A stretch of DNA of 64,000 bases. Source: Coprobacillus sp. CAG:605. GTDB lineage: Bacteria; Bacillota_I; Bacilli_A; RF39; UBA660. The position numbers were made by a program, and so were the translations under genes. Below the pieces are notes generated by a model. It had not been told where the DNA came from and made no database searches. It worked only from the letters and a program-made list of their open reading frames with translations. Below are positions 33,396 through 43,658 of this stretch, one piece after another (the first letter of the stretch is position 1; each line of letters begins with the position of its first letter). The stretch lies in contig HF998225.1 in assembly GCA_000433255.1 (NCBI GenBank), positions 19,063 to 83,062 on the forward strand, given 5' to 3'.

Positions 33396-34595
33396 CTATA
33401 AAACTTCTTCTTCATCCATTATATAATCTAAAGCTGGACATTTTTCACTAATAATATACTCCAGCGTTGCCCCGCCACCAGTAGAAAGATAAGTATAGGA
33501 ATCCCTATAGCCAAAATTTGTAATCGCACTAACACAATCTCCCCCACCAGCAATAACTGCCGCCCCAGATTCTTTTAGCATTCTAAATAGTTCCTTCGTT
33601 CCATTAGCGAATCTCTCATCTTCATACTTTCCAACCGTGCCGTTTAAAAACACTGTCTTACTTTTATTTATTACCTCGTAATATTTCTTTAACGTTATCG
33701 GTCCCACATCAAAAATCATTTCATCATCAATAATCTCATTAACATTTTTCTGCATAACATAATTATCATTATAAGATTTACCAACTATCACATCAAATGG
33801 TAGCATTATCTTACTTTTATTATGAGCAAGCATACTCCTTACATCTGTTAAAACCTTATTATCACTAGTAGCTAAAGAATCACCTACATATAACCCTAAT
33901 GCTTTTAAACACGAATTAGCAAGTGCTCCAACTACCAACATGTAATCACACTTCGGTAACAACTTGTTCATAAGTTCCAACTTATCCTCAATCTTCGCTC
34001 CACCCATAATTATCGTAAATGGTCTTTTGGCATGTAATACATTATCATTTAACATCATTAATTCTTTTTGTACTAAAAATCCTATGCAACTTGGTAAAAA
34101 CTTAGCAATACCCGCTGTTGAAGCATGACACCTATGACTACTTCCAAAAGCATCCATAACAAAAATATCACCTAGCGATGCCCAATAACTAGCAAGTTGA
34201 ATATCATTGCCACTTTCTAACTTTTGGGGATAATCTTCAAAACGCGTATTTTCAACTACCAAAATTTCTCTAGGTTGTAACGCCTTAACTCTCATTTCTA
34301 ATTCCGGACTACGCGTCGTGGTTGAAAAAATAACATTACTTTCCACTAGTTCATTAAGCCTCTTAGCAACTACAGCAAGACTATTTTTAACCTTATCTTC
34401 CTCGCTCTTAACCTTACCTAAATGCGATAAAATAATAACCCTGCAGTTTTTGCTTACCAAATAATTAATTGTTTCTAAAGACGCCACAATCTTTGTATCA
34501 TCTAATATAACTCCATTCTTAATAGGCACATTGAAATCACATCGTAAAACAATTCTTTTATTATCCACATTCATTTCTTGAACTTTCATTTTCAT
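33396..34595 (-). CDS. pgk: Phosphoglycerate kinase
   Basis: A 399-aa protein with RCDFNVP, SHLG, AFGSSHR and GGGD...STGGGA motifs. Confidence 0.95.
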   Translation of the reverse strand: MKMKVQEMNVDNKRIVLRCDFNVPIKNGVILDDTKIVASLETINYLVSKNCRVIILSHLGKVKSEEDKVKNSLAVVAKRLNELVESNVIFSTTTRSPELEMRVKALQPREILVVENTRFEDYPQKLESGNDIQLASYWASLGDIFVMDAFGSSHRCHASTAGIAKFLPSCIGFLVQKELMMLNDNVLHAKRPFTIIMGGAKIEDKLELMNKLLPKCDYMLVVGALANSCLKALGLYVGDSLATSDNKVLTDVRSMLAHNKSKIMLPFDVIVGKSYNDNYVMQKNVNEIIDDEMIFDVGPITLKKYYEVINKSKTVFLNGTVGKYEDERFANGTKELFRMLKESGAAVIAGGGDCVSAITNFGYRDSYTYLSTGGGATLEYIISEKCPALDYIMDEEEVL

Positions 34596-34678
34596 AGCAA
34601 CACCTACTATCTACTATTAGTATACACCATAATCAAGAAAAATCATAAAAAAAATAAGTGCTAATTAACACTTACTTG

Positions 34679-35251
34679 CTATCTTGATAACTTTTTAGGT
34701 TCTTCTAATGATTGTTTCAAAATATCTTGAACAGTATCAAAATCAATACAATCTTGAGTCTCTCCATTTTGTAAAGTTGAAATCATGCAATCTTTAAACT
34801 TAGTTAATACACTAGACGCTGCTAAATACTGTTCTTGCGTTAGATTACTAGGTAAATAAGCAATAACATAATCGTTCATAGTTTGATAAACTACTCCATT
34901 ATAAGAAGTAATTAACTCTCCAAGCTCATAAACCGACATACCTTGCTTATCTTGTAAATCAATTCCTAACGCTAAAGCTGCTTGGATAAAACCTTTAGCA
35001 TGTGAAAACTCCGCTTCCTTACCCTTAACTGCCACTGAAGTTCCAATAAAACCATCAGGTGCTACGCAAATAGCAGCTACACACCCTGGATAAAGGCTCC
35101 TCATCCTAAGAACATTTATATTTAGTTTGAAATCAGCTATCTGCTCATCTATTTTTTTAATTTCACTTGCATCAGTAGCGTTCTTTCTTAATTCATATAA
35201 ATTTCTTAATTCATCATAATATATTTTTATTTTAGCATTATCTTCATTCAT
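34679..35251 (-). CDS. Hypothetical cytoplasmic protein (190 aa) between gap and pgk
   Basis: It has a GAAGAGG RBS and its own extended -10 promoter (TGTATAAT). No recognisable motif was found. Confidence 0.5.
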   Translation of the reverse strand: MNEDNAKIKIYYDELRNLYELRKNATDASEIKKIDEQIADFKLNINVLRMRSLYPGCVAAICVAPDGFIGTSVAVKGKEAEFSHAKGFIQAALALGIDLQDKQGMSVYELGELITSYNGVVYQTMNDYVIAYLPSNLTQEQYLAASSVLTKFKDCMISTLQNGETQDCIDFDTVQDILKQSLEEPKKLSR

Positions 35252-35301
35252 AATATCGCCTCTTCGTGTATCTAATTATACACTAAATCTTTTGAATTGC
35301 A

Positions 35302-35336
35302 CGTTTTTTGTCTTAAATAGCCGTTTTTTTGTCTAA
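35302..35336. promoter_or_regulatory. Direct repeat (operator-like) just upstream of the promoter of ORF 34679-35251
   Basis: CGTTTTTTGTCTTA at 35302-35315 and CGTTTTTTTGTCTAA at 35322-35336 have starts 20 nt apart. On the coding strand they read AGACAAAAAA(A)CG twice. Confidence 0.4.
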
Positions 35337-35341
35337 AATAA

Positions 35342-36352
35342 CTATTTTTCTTTAATTAAAGCTTTTGCTGTCCTTAACATTTGTGCCGTATAGCCCATCT
35401 CATTATCATACCAAGCCACAACTTTTACCAAGTTGCCTGCTTCTGTTTCTAACACATTTGTTGATAATAAATCTACCAAAGCACCACACTTCTTACCTAA
35501 AACATCACTTGATACAATTGGATCTTCACATACTCTTAATGCTTCACTTTGATTATTTCTTAGTAAGTCATTTAACTCTTCCTTACTTACATCTTTCTCT
35601 AACTCTAAAGTTAAATCAACAACTGAACCACATGATACCGGTACTCTAAAAGCCATCCCATCCATTTTACCAAGTAAACTTGGAATAACTTTTCCTATTG
35701 CACTAGCTGCTCCCGTTGATGCAGGAACGATATTTTGGGCACAAGCACGCCCCCTACGCGCCATAATTCCCTTACTATGGTGAATATCTAAAGTTGCTTG
35801 GTCATTTGTGTATGCATGAACTGTACTCATATATCCTTTTCTAATTCCAATATTCTTTTCAATAACATTTAATACTGGCGCTAAACAATTCGTAGTACAA
35901 GATGCTGCTGAAATAACTTCCTCACTACCATCTAAACTACTATCATTAACACCATAGACAATTGTCTTCATATCGCCCTTACCTGGAGCTGAAATTACTA
36001 CATGATGAGCTCCTGCCTCAATATGTTTATAAGCATCTTCATACTTCGTAAATCTCCCGCTGCATTCTAATACCACATCAATATTTAACTTTTCCCATGG
36101 TAACTTACTAGGGTCAGCTTCACTTAATACCTTAACTCTCTTTTTACCAGCAATAACTATATTATCATTATCAAAACTAATCTCATCTTCATGAAAACTA
36201 CGATGATTAGTATCATACTTTAATAAATACGCTAATTCCTCCGCATTCGATAAATCATTAACGGCCACAATATCAAAATCACGACCCGTAATCATCTCTC
36301 TAAACGCTATTCTTCCAATTCTCCCAAAACCATTAATTGCTACTCTTATCAT
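35342..36352 (-). CDS. gap: Glyceraldehyde-3-phosphate dehydrogenase
   Basis: The motifs INGFGRIGR, the active site SCTTNCLAP and WYDNE are present. Confidence 0.96.
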   Translation of the reverse strand: MIRVAINGFGRIGRIAFREMITGRDFDIVAVNDLSNAEELAYLLKYDTNHRSFHEDEISFDNDNIVIAGKKRVKVLSEADPSKLPWEKLNIDVVLECSGRFTKYEDAYKHIEAGAHHVVISAPGKGDMKTIVYGVNDSSLDGSEEVISAASCTTNCLAPVLNVIEKNIGIRKGYMSTVHAYTNDQATLDIHHSKGIMARRGRACAQNIVPASTGAASAIGKVIPSLLGKMDGMAFRVPVSCGSVVDLTLELEKDVSKEELNDLLRNNQSEALRVCEDPIVSSDVLGKKCGALVDLLSTNVLETEAGNLVKVVAWYDNEMGYTAQMLRTAKALIKEK

Positions 36353-36370
36353 TTATCTCATCCTTTTCTC

Positions 36371-38041
36371 TTACTTTTCAAAATATGAACCACCAATAAA
36401 CTCCCTTAAAACCGAACTATCACTAATATACTCACTAGATATTGGAAAATAACTCTTTAAAAAACTTATCAATCTTCTTGCTTCTTCATAATAAACCGAA
36501 GTATTATCAACCGAATATAATATTGGCTCCGCAAACACTTTTAATACTCCTAGTTCATACACCAGCGACGTATTAACTACCATATCCGCCTGATGAACAT
36601 AAGGAAAAATATACTTTTCCTCACCTCTTCTAACACTCTGCCAACTATCTATCGTCTTTGAAACATCATACCCTCTAGTCCTATTATCTCTAATCATTCT
36701 TCTAATAAGTCTTAAATCCGTTGTCGATATATAATTATGTCTATCAATATTAAGTGGCATAAACGGACTTAAATATACTAAGAACTTCTCCTCATCTGGT
36801 ATACCAGGTGTTAACTCTCTATTCAAACAATGCAAACCTTCCATTAAAATAACCGCATCACTCTCTAATTTAACCGGATACTCATAATACTCTCTCTTAC
36901 CAGTTATAAAATTAAACCTTGGAAGTCTTACTTCTTCGCCATCACCTAAAGCCTTCAAATCATGATTTAAACTCTCTAAATCAATTGCTTCCATACATTC
37001 AAAATTATAACTACCATCTTCATTCTTTGGTGTATCACATCTGTTTTTAAAATAATCGTCTACCGAGATTAACAACGTTTTAATTCCTTGAGCTTCTAAA
37101 TCCAAAGCAATTTTCTTAGTCGTCGTCGTCTTTCCACTACTAGAAGGACCAGCAACCATAATATACTTCTTACCAAGTTCTAAAGTTCTCCTCGTAATCT
37201 CATGAATCTTACTATCAAAATTAACTTCACTCATTCTAATAAGTTCTTTAATCTCACTACTACTTACTTTCTTATTAACTTGATAAACATAAGGAATACC
37301 TAAACGTTCTAACCATTTCTTTTCATTTTTAAAACATTCTATTATCTTTCCATAATGCACATACTCAGGGACTTCATTCTTACTCCTAGGATTAGGAAAC
37401 ATTAAAACAATTTCATTATCATTTAAATATACTAAATCATACTTTGATAAACATCTTGTTGAATAAGGCATCTCTCCATAATAATAATTAATATAATTTT
37501 CTAACTTATATAAAAGTACTACCTGATTAGTTATATTATGAATATTCCATGATTTTTCAATCTCACCCATTTTATAAAAATAATTATAAGCTTCTTTACT
37601 ATCAACATTCAGCTTTCTAAAAGGCAAGTCTTCTAAAATTATCTTACTCATTTGCTCTCTTACTCTTTTAACATCATCCAAAGTAAATGCCCTATCGCCT
37701 ACAACACTAGCGTGTATCCCTCTCATAATCGAATGATTAAAAACCACTTCAAATTCGTCTTTATATATATCTTTAAGTGCGGCTTCTAACACAAACTTCA
37801 ACCCGGCTTGATACATCTTATACCCTGCTAAATCATTAACGTCAAAGAAATTAATTGTTGTATCTCTTTTTAGACTAGTATTAAAATCCATGATTTCATT
37901 ATTAATCTTGACCCCAATTATTTTATTTCTAATATTTTCTGGTAAAAGGCCTATAATATCAATTATCTTCGTATTAACGGCTACTTCTAATTGTTTACCA
38001 TTATTTATCGTAATTGTTAATTTATCTTTCATTCTTAACAT
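36371..38041 (-). CDS. Uridine/nucleoside kinase-family P-loop protein with an N-terminal TGS-like domain
   Basis: It has the P-loop VAGPSSSGKTTT followed by a PRK/uridine-kinase-like region, and an N-terminal beta-grasp-like segment. The start may be the ATG three codons in, at 38032. Confidence 0.6.
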   Translation of the reverse strand: MLRMKDKLTITINNGKQLEVAVNTKIIDIIGLLPENIRNKIIGVKINNEIMDFNTSLKRDTTINFFDVNDLAGYKMYQAGLKFVLEAALKDIYKDEFEVVFNHSIMRGIHASVVGDRAFTLDDVKRVREQMSKIILEDLPFRKLNVDSKEAYNYFYKMGEIEKSWNIHNITNQVVLLYKLENYINYYYGEMPYSTRCLSKYDLVYLNDNEIVLMFPNPRSKNEVPEYVHYGKIIECFKNEKKWLERLGIPYVYQVNKKVSSSEIKELIRMSEVNFDSKIHEITRRTLELGKKYIMVAGPSSSGKTTTTKKIALDLEAQGIKTLLISVDDYFKNRCDTPKNEDGSYNFECMEAIDLESLNHDLKALGDGEEVRLPRFNFITGKREYYEYPVKLESDAVILMEGLHCLNRELTPGIPDEEKFLVYLSPFMPLNIDRHNYISTTDLRLIRRMIRDNRTRGYDVSKTIDSWQSVRRGEEKYIFPYVHQADMVVNTSLVYELGVLKVFAEPILYSVDNTSVYYEEARRLISFLKSYFPISSEYISDSSVLREFIGGSYFEK

Positions 38042-38162
38042 GCCCCTTATCTTAAATAAATTATATCAAAAATCATTTACTATGTCATTATCTACTTTAA
38101 TTAGACATTCTTTTTATGTATATATTTAATTTTTGCATCTACAATAATATTAGGTGAAACAT

Positions 38163-38732
38163 ATGAATATTATTCCAACAGTTATTGAAAAAAGTTTTAA
38201 TAAGGAAGTTGCTTTTGATTTATATTCTCGTCTTTTAAAAGACCGCATTATTTTTGTTAGTGGTGAAATAACCGATGAATCTGCCAACATTATTGTCAGT
38301 GAGCTATTATATCTAGATTCCTTAAGTCATGATGAGATTAATCTTTACATCAATTCTCCAGGTGGTTCTATAAGTGCTGGCATGGCTATTTTTGATACTA
38401 TGAACTTTATTGAAAGTGATGTTCGTACTACAGTCATTGGTATGGCCGCATCAATGGCTGCTATTCTAGCCAGCAACGGCACTAAAGGTAAGCGTTGTAT
38501 CTTAGAAAATAGTGAGGTTATGATTCACCAACCCTTAGGTGGTGTCCAAGGTCAAGCTACTGAAATTAATATCGTAGCTAACCGTATCCTAAAACTTCGT
38601 CAAAAACTAAACAAAATTCTTGCTAAAAATACTGGCCAAAAACTATCTAAAATTGAAATTGATACCGAACGAGATACCTACCTATCTAGTATCGAAGCCA
38701 AAAAATATGGTCTTATAGACATCATTCTATAA
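38163..38732 (+). CDS. clpP: ATP-dependent Clp protease proteolytic subunit
   Basis: IIPTVIE......[14 protein letters not shown] and the catalytic context GMAASMAA...IHQP are present. The track's GTG start lies inside the AGGTGA RBS, so the ATG at 38163 was used. Confidence 0.95.
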   Translation: MNIIPTVIEKSFNKEVAFDLYSRLLKDRIIFVSGEITDESANIIVSELLYLDSLSHDEINLYINSPGGSISAGMAIFDTMNFIESDVRTTVIGMAASMAAILASNGTKGKRCILENSEVMIHQPLGGVQGQATEINIVANRILKLRQKLNKILAKNTGQKLSKIEIDTERDTYLSSIEAKKYGLIDIIL

Positions 38733-38738
38733 GACCTT

Positions 38739-39089
38739 TTATTTACTTGCTAATTTTTCTAAAGCTAAATGCATCATACTCATATCCACAACCACAACTG
38801 GGCACAAAGCATCTTTAATTATCTTAATATCTTCACTATCATTATTCTTACATAAATTAGCCAAAACAATCTTAATTTTATCAATTAAATCATTATTTTT
38901 AATATCCTCAACATAAACATCATTATCCCTTAAACAAGCATCCATATCAAAATGAAAAGCATTACTTAAGAAATTCAAAAAACTTTGCATTAACAAATCA
39001 TAAGTCTTTCTAGTTTCATTAAGCTTACTATCAACACTCATATTACCTTGTCTTAATAAATCTATATAACTATTGTATAATTTTTGCAA
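38739..39089 (-). CDS. Hypothetical protein
   Basis: The ORF has a TTG start with a poor RBS. The internal ATG at Met17 has an AAGG RBS and may be the real start. Confidence 0.35.
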   Translation of the reverse strand: MQKLYNSYIDLLRQGNMSVDSKLNETRKTYDLLMQSFLNFLSNAFHFDMDACLRDNDVYVEDIKNNDLIDKIKIVLANLCKNNDSEDIKIIKDALCPVVVVDMSMMHLALEKLASK

Positions 39090-39250
39090 TTTATCTATTT
39101 TTTCAAAGTATAATACTAAAGACTTTTAATTTTCTATATTTTTATCTTCCATAAACTAACACTCTTCCTACTATCATTACTATAGTATCATGAACTTAAA
39201 TAATTTGTCATAAAAAAATGTCAACTTTATTTTAATTGACACTTTCTATA

Positions 39251-39475
39251 CTATCTTCTTGAATGACTTTGTTCAGTTTCTGGGGTTATATTATAGCGAT
39301 TCATTTGTACTATATCTTCTTTTAATTCTTCTAACGATTTTTTATCCTTAGCTTTATAATACATTGAAGCTAAATCTTGACTCTCATGTCCAGTAACTTC
39401 CCCAGCCGAAATAAATTGGTCTTTTAAAATTTCGTCATTCATTTCTGATTTCATATTAAAATATTCTTCGTCCAT
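39251..39475 (-). CDS. Small acidic hypothetical protein (74 aa)
   Basis: It has a GGAGG RBS (minus strand gtaggaggctattATG). No motif was recognised. Confidence 0.45.
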   Translation of the reverse strand: MDEEYFNMKSEMNDEILKDQFISAGEVTGHESQDLASMYYKAKDKKSLEELKEDIVQMNRYNITPETEQSHSRR

Positions 39476-39539
39476 AATAGCCTCCTACACCCTTATATTA
39501 CCACATATCACTAAAAATATTCTAAAATCATCTAGTACT

Positions 39540-40481
39540 TTACACTTCCTTTTGGCTTTCTTTATCATGATTTTTCTTAACTAATTCTTTTATCTTTCTA
39601 AAATAATGATTTATTCCTGATTTTCCAACCGGCTTACCCGTTTCTTGGCTAACTATATCCGCTAGTTCCTGATAAGAAGTCTCCGGATACTTCAAGCGAT
39701 AACTAATAACCTCTTGAATTCGCTCATCAAGTAAAGGTATTAAATCATGACTTTGTAAATACTTAATATCCTCTAATTGTTTTAACCCCGTTTGAATAGT
39801 CTTCTCTTGATTAGCAATCTCACAATTATTCAACCTATTAACCATATTTTTATGATCTCTATATATCCTTATATCTTCAAAAAAGAACATCGAATTAGTC
39901 GCATTAAACATCTTTAATAAATCACTAATCATATCCGCTGACTTTACATATACCATATAACTAGTCTTTCTCTTCAAAATTTTTGATACCACATTAACTT
40001 TCTTCAAAATTCTAACTACATACATAGCTTCCATCTTAGTATGAATACTAAATTCTAAATGATATCCCGTTGTCTGAGGATTACTTATACTACCTGTTGC
40101 TAAAAAAAGTCCCCTTAAAAATGCAATTACTTCCTCCTCACTATCTAAGAAAAATTCTTCCGGTAACACCTTTCTCTTATTTTTATATATATTTAATTTT
40201 TCTAAAATACCATCTACATTTTCTTTAATACTTAACATATAAATTTGTTTTACTCTAAATCTTTTTTGAACGCGAACCATTATATTCGGTTTAACATTAA
40301 ATAAAGTTTTTAATAATTTATATATTCTTCTTGCCACCGAAGCATTTTCCATTGTTAATAATATCTCGTCTTTGCTTATCGTTCCGTCAAATCTAATAAA
40401 TGCTGATAACTCGGTTAAAGCATCAATACTATTAGGTTCAATTTTAGATATTTCATCTTTAACTTGCATAGTAAAAGTCAT
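39540..40481 (-). CDS. whiA: DNA-binding protein WhiA
   Basis: The motifs FLATGSISNPQTTGYHLEF, FEDIRIYRDHKNMVNRLNNCEIANQEKT and a C-terminal HTH GKSGINHYFRKI are present. The start was moved to the ATG after the AAGGTGA RBS. Confidence 0.9.
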   Translation of the reverse strand: MTFTMQVKDEISKIEPNSIDALTELSAFIRFDGTISKDEILLTMENASVARRIYKLLKTLFNVKPNIMVRVQKRFRVKQIYMLSIKENVDGILEKLNIYKNKRKVLPEEFFLDSEEEVIAFLRGLFLATGSISNPQTTGYHLEFSIHTKMEAMYVVRILKKVNVVSKILKRKTSYMVYVKSADMISDLLKMFNATNSMFFFEDIRIYRDHKNMVNRLNNCEIANQEKTIQTGLKQLEDIKYLQSHDLIPLLDERIQEVISYRLKYPETSYQELADIVSQETGKPVGKSGINHYFRKIKELVKKNHDKESQKEV

Positions 40482-40551
40482 AAAAATCACCTTTTATAAG
40501 GATACCAAACTTTTGCCCATTTTTCTACCCCAAGAAAAAAGAATAGTCTAG

Positions 40552-41367
40552 CTATTCCTCTACCGGTTCCGTTGAATACCAATAATAGTTACCATTATAG
40601 TCTTCTTTAAATACTGACTTATACTTTCTTGCATGTTTTTTATATTCATTAAGTGGTAAGTTATTTAAATATGTTTCTATATCATCAGTATCTATTGTAA
40701 CTGAATCATCAAGTATAAAATCATAAGTATATATCATTATTGTATCATCACTCTTCGAAGCACTGGCAAATCTCATATTACCACCGCCAAAAATATAACC
40801 ACCATCCATAGCAATACATAATAAATCATTATTTCTTACAAAACATGTATTAATATCAAATGGATCTTCTTTAAGCTCTAAAGTTTTATCCAATTCAAAT
40901 ACTCTTTTATACATAATATTAAGACTATCATAATTAATATCATAAATATAATGTGTTGGATAATCAGCATACTCTGCTTCTAAAAACTTATCAATAGATG
41001 AATACATATTAACATCTTTCTTATTCGCATCATTAAGTGCAGAATAAGTTGCATTGGTAACTTCATCAGGATTTAACTGTTGCCATACTAAAGCATTCTT
41101 AAATTCATTATCTAAATCTTTAAATAACACTTTACTATTCTTAAAAAATTGATTAGGTATTCTATTATCTCCAAAAGTTGCCAATATATTATATAAAGGC
41201 TCAACCTCATCTTCAGTAAGTTCTCTACTAGGCTTATCATCCACTACAATATCATCACATTTAGGTTTCTCATTTAAAACCACGACATACCGATAAGATA
41301 AATATCCCATAGCGCCAGCTAATAAAACAATAACCCCAATTAAAACTTTATTTACTTTACTCTTCAT
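40552..41367 (-). CDS. N-terminally anchored extracytoplasmic protein, unknown function
   Basis: The start is set at MKSKVNKVLIGVIVLLAGAMGYL, which has an AAAGGGTG RBS. The 47 upstream track codons are Cys-rich and implausible. Confidence 0.5.
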   Translation of the reverse strand: MKSKVNKVLIGVIVLLAGAMGYLSYRYVVVLNEKPKCDDIVVDDKPSRELTEDEVEPLYNILATFGDNRIPNQFFKNSKVLFKDLDNEFKNALVWQQLNPDEVTNATYSALNDANKKDVNMYSSIDKFLEAEYADYPTHYIYDINYDSLNIMYKRVFELDKTLELKEDPFDINTCFVRNNDLLCIAMDGGYIFGGGNMRFASASKSDDTIMIYTYDFILDDSVTIDTDDIETYLNNLPLNEYKKHARKYKSVFKEDYNGNYYWYSTEPVEE

Positions 41368-41544
41368 ACAACACCCTTTATCCTTATATATATAATAACA
41401 TACTTTAACAACATTCAAAAGAAAAATCTCCATACAAGGAACACAACACGAAAAAAGCGTTACCAAGTCCCTATTTATAAGGCTTAACAGGATTTTACTG
41501 CAAAACAAAGATTACTAAAAAAAATATGATATTTCTACCATATT

Positions 41545-42768
41545 TTATAAACTACGATTATACCACATAACTCCCTTAGCCGGATAACCATTTGGTTTTA
41601 TCGCCTTAGCATTCAATAAACTAAATGCTTGATAATCTACCATATAATAGCCACGTGATATTTGATAATGTAAATGAGGCCCCGTTGAACATCTATCCCA
41701 ACTCCAAGTTTGAGGTCCACCCCCAACAGTGCCAATTTGAGTAGTTATATTAACTTGTTGTCCAGTTTTAACATTATAAGATAATAAATGTCCATAAGTT
41801 AGCGTATATCTCTTACCACCAACCATAACATGGATATAAACAATATTACCACCACAAGACTTTTTACCATTTCTCCTAGTAACAGCCTTACCATCAACTA
41901 CACCAGCAACCACCCCATTAGCAGTCGCATATACTGGCGTACCTTCCGTATTACCACCAATATCAATACCATAGTGAACATCACTAGAACGCGCCCCAAA
42001 TGGTGAATTAATTCTTCCCTTAGTCGTTGGTTTTACCCAACCATTAGAAGAGTTAATATCTAAGCAAGTTGACACTGGCTGAGTCTCTGTTGGACATATC
42101 TTCTTATAAAAGTTAATCAACGTTTGCATATTTTCTATCTTTGATTCTGCATCTTCTTGAATATCATTAATCTCATTTAAATGATCCCCCAAAGTTTCAA
42201 TCGCTTCACTAGATTTCTTTATCGCCACATCTAACTCTACATTCTTATTAGCTAAATCAACTTTTAATTGCTCATTCTCTTTAATCAAATTATCTAACTC
42301 CACAACCTTATTATTATAGTAATCAGTTATTTGATTTACTGCTTGAACTCGCATAATTAAATCAGTTGTTGTCGAAGCCCCAATAATATATTCCATATAA
42401 GCATTCTGATTATTAGACATTTGATAATACTTTAGCAAAGTCTCCATTTCACTCTTCGAGCGTTCAATCCGATCATTAGAATCAGTAATCTTTTCTTCGG
42501 CTTCGGCAACCTCACCAACGATCTTATCTTTCTCTTGGTTAGCACTAACTATATTACTTTTATTTTGATTAATCTCACTTTGCGTTTGTTTTTTTTCTTT
42601 AATCGCACTTTCTTGTTGAGCCTTAAACTTAGCCAGTTCCTCACGCATCTGTTTTATCGTCATATTTTGTTCACTAGCGGCATATACCGCAATTGGTTCT
42701 AAAAAATATGGTATTAAAAACAAACCACTAAGAATAATTCTAAAACTATAATTAATTACTTTTCTCAT
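41545..42768 (-). CDS. Coiled-coil M23 peptidoglycan hydrolase (FtsEX-associated, EnvC/PcsB-like architecture)
   Basis: A signal/anchor is followed by approx 200 aa of coiled coil and an M23 domain with intact HxxxD (VHYGID) and HxH (GPHLHY). Its start overlaps the ftsX stop (ATGA). Confidence 0.8.
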   Translation of the reverse strand: MRKVINYSFRIILSGLFLIPYFLEPIAVYAASEQNMTIKQMREELAKFKAQQESAIKEKKQTQSEINQNKSNIVSANQEKDKIVGEVAEAEEKITDSNDRIERSKSEMETLLKYYQMSNNQNAYMEYIIGASTTTDLIMRVQAVNQITDYYNNKVVELDNLIKENEQLKVDLANKNVELDVAIKKSSEAIETLGDHLNEINDIQEDAESKIENMQTLINFYKKICPTETQPVSTCLDINSSNGWVKPTTKGRINSPFGARSSDVHYGIDIGGNTEGTPVYATANGVVAGVVDGKAVTRRNGKKSCGGNIVYIHVMVGGKRYTLTYGHLLSYNVKTGQQVNITTQIGTVGGGPQTWSWDRCSTGPHLHYQISRGYYMVDYQAFSLLNAKAIKPNGYPAKGVMWYNRSL

Positions 42769-43658
42769 ATTTTTAAATACTTTCTAACAGCGCGTCCACT
42801 ACCAAACATACCAACAATACCACCAAGTATTGCTAGTACTCCTGATATATACCATACAAGACTCATCGGTTTAATAAGCTCAATCAAATGAGAAAATAAA
42901 TATCCATCAAAATGATCATAAAACAAAATATAACCATAAATTGTAACTATTATTGGAATAACAGAACCAATAAGCCCTAGAAAGAAGCCTTCAATAATAA
43001 ATGGTTGCTTAATAACAAAATTACTAGTGCCAACTAAACGCATAATTTCAATTTCACTTTTTCTTGAAAATATCGTTAATTTAATCGTATTACTAATTAA
43101 GAATGCCGTTACTAAAATTAACGCTAATACCACAACAACTGTTGCTTTCTTAACAATATCAAATATAGCAATCATTTTATCAACAGTCTCTTCACCATAC
43201 TGAGCACTCTTAACCCCGTCATAATTTCTAATAATACTAGCTACATACGAAATACTATTGATATCTTTAACTTTAACAATAACCGAATCAAGTAATGGAT
43301 TATCTTCTAAATAACTTAATGTTGCATCAAGTTCACTTGAATAACTTTGTATTTCCTTCTTCCATTCTTCTTTTGTTTTCAAAGTAGCTTTTTCTACTCC
43401 GTCAAGACCAGATATATTACTATATATTTCATTTTCCGTCTCTGTACTTACATCTTCATTCAAATAAACAACTATTGATAATTCATCTTCTAACGTTTTC
43501 GTAAAATTATTAACATTAGCGGTTATAACCATCGATAGAGCCACTAAAATCAAAGTGATCGTAATACAAGTTATAGCGGCCAAGGAAAGACTAAAATTTC
43601 TAACAACACTTCTAAATGCATCGCGTACATTTCTTACAAAAATTCTAATTATTTTCAT
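42765..43658 (-). CDS. ftsX: Cell-division ABC transporter permease-like protein FtsX
   Basis: A 297-aa protein with the N-terminus FVRNVRDAFRSVVRN, a large first extracellular loop and 4 TMs. It overlaps ftsE by 14 nt. Confidence 0.9.
   Translation of the reverse strand: MKIIRIFVRNVRDAFRSVVRNFSLSLAAITCITITLILVALSMVITANVNNFTKTLEDELSIVVYLNEDVSTETENEIYSNISGLDGVEKATLKTKEEWKKEIQSYSSELDATLSYLEDNPLLDSVIVKVKDINSISYVASIIRNYDGVKSAQYGEETVDKMIAIFDIVKKATVVVVLALILVTAFLISNTIKLTIFSRKSEIEIMRLVGTSNFVIKQPFIIEGFFLGLIGSVIPIIVTIYGYILFYDHFDGYLFSHLIELIKPMSLVWYISGVLAILGGIVGMFGSGRAVRKYLKI

Noticed and set aside
34561-34569. A perfect DnaA box, TTATCCACA.
   Set aside because: It is a single copy inside the pgk coding region with no cluster and no adjacent AT-rich unwinding element. 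One occurrence is expected by chance in 64 kb of AT-rich DNA.
39090-39250. A possible small ORF or RNA in the 160-bp gap between the two small hypothetical genes.
   Set aside because: Only an 8-codon ATG ORF (MEDKNIEN) was seen, with no convincing hairpins or conserved-looking motifs. The evidence is insufficient.
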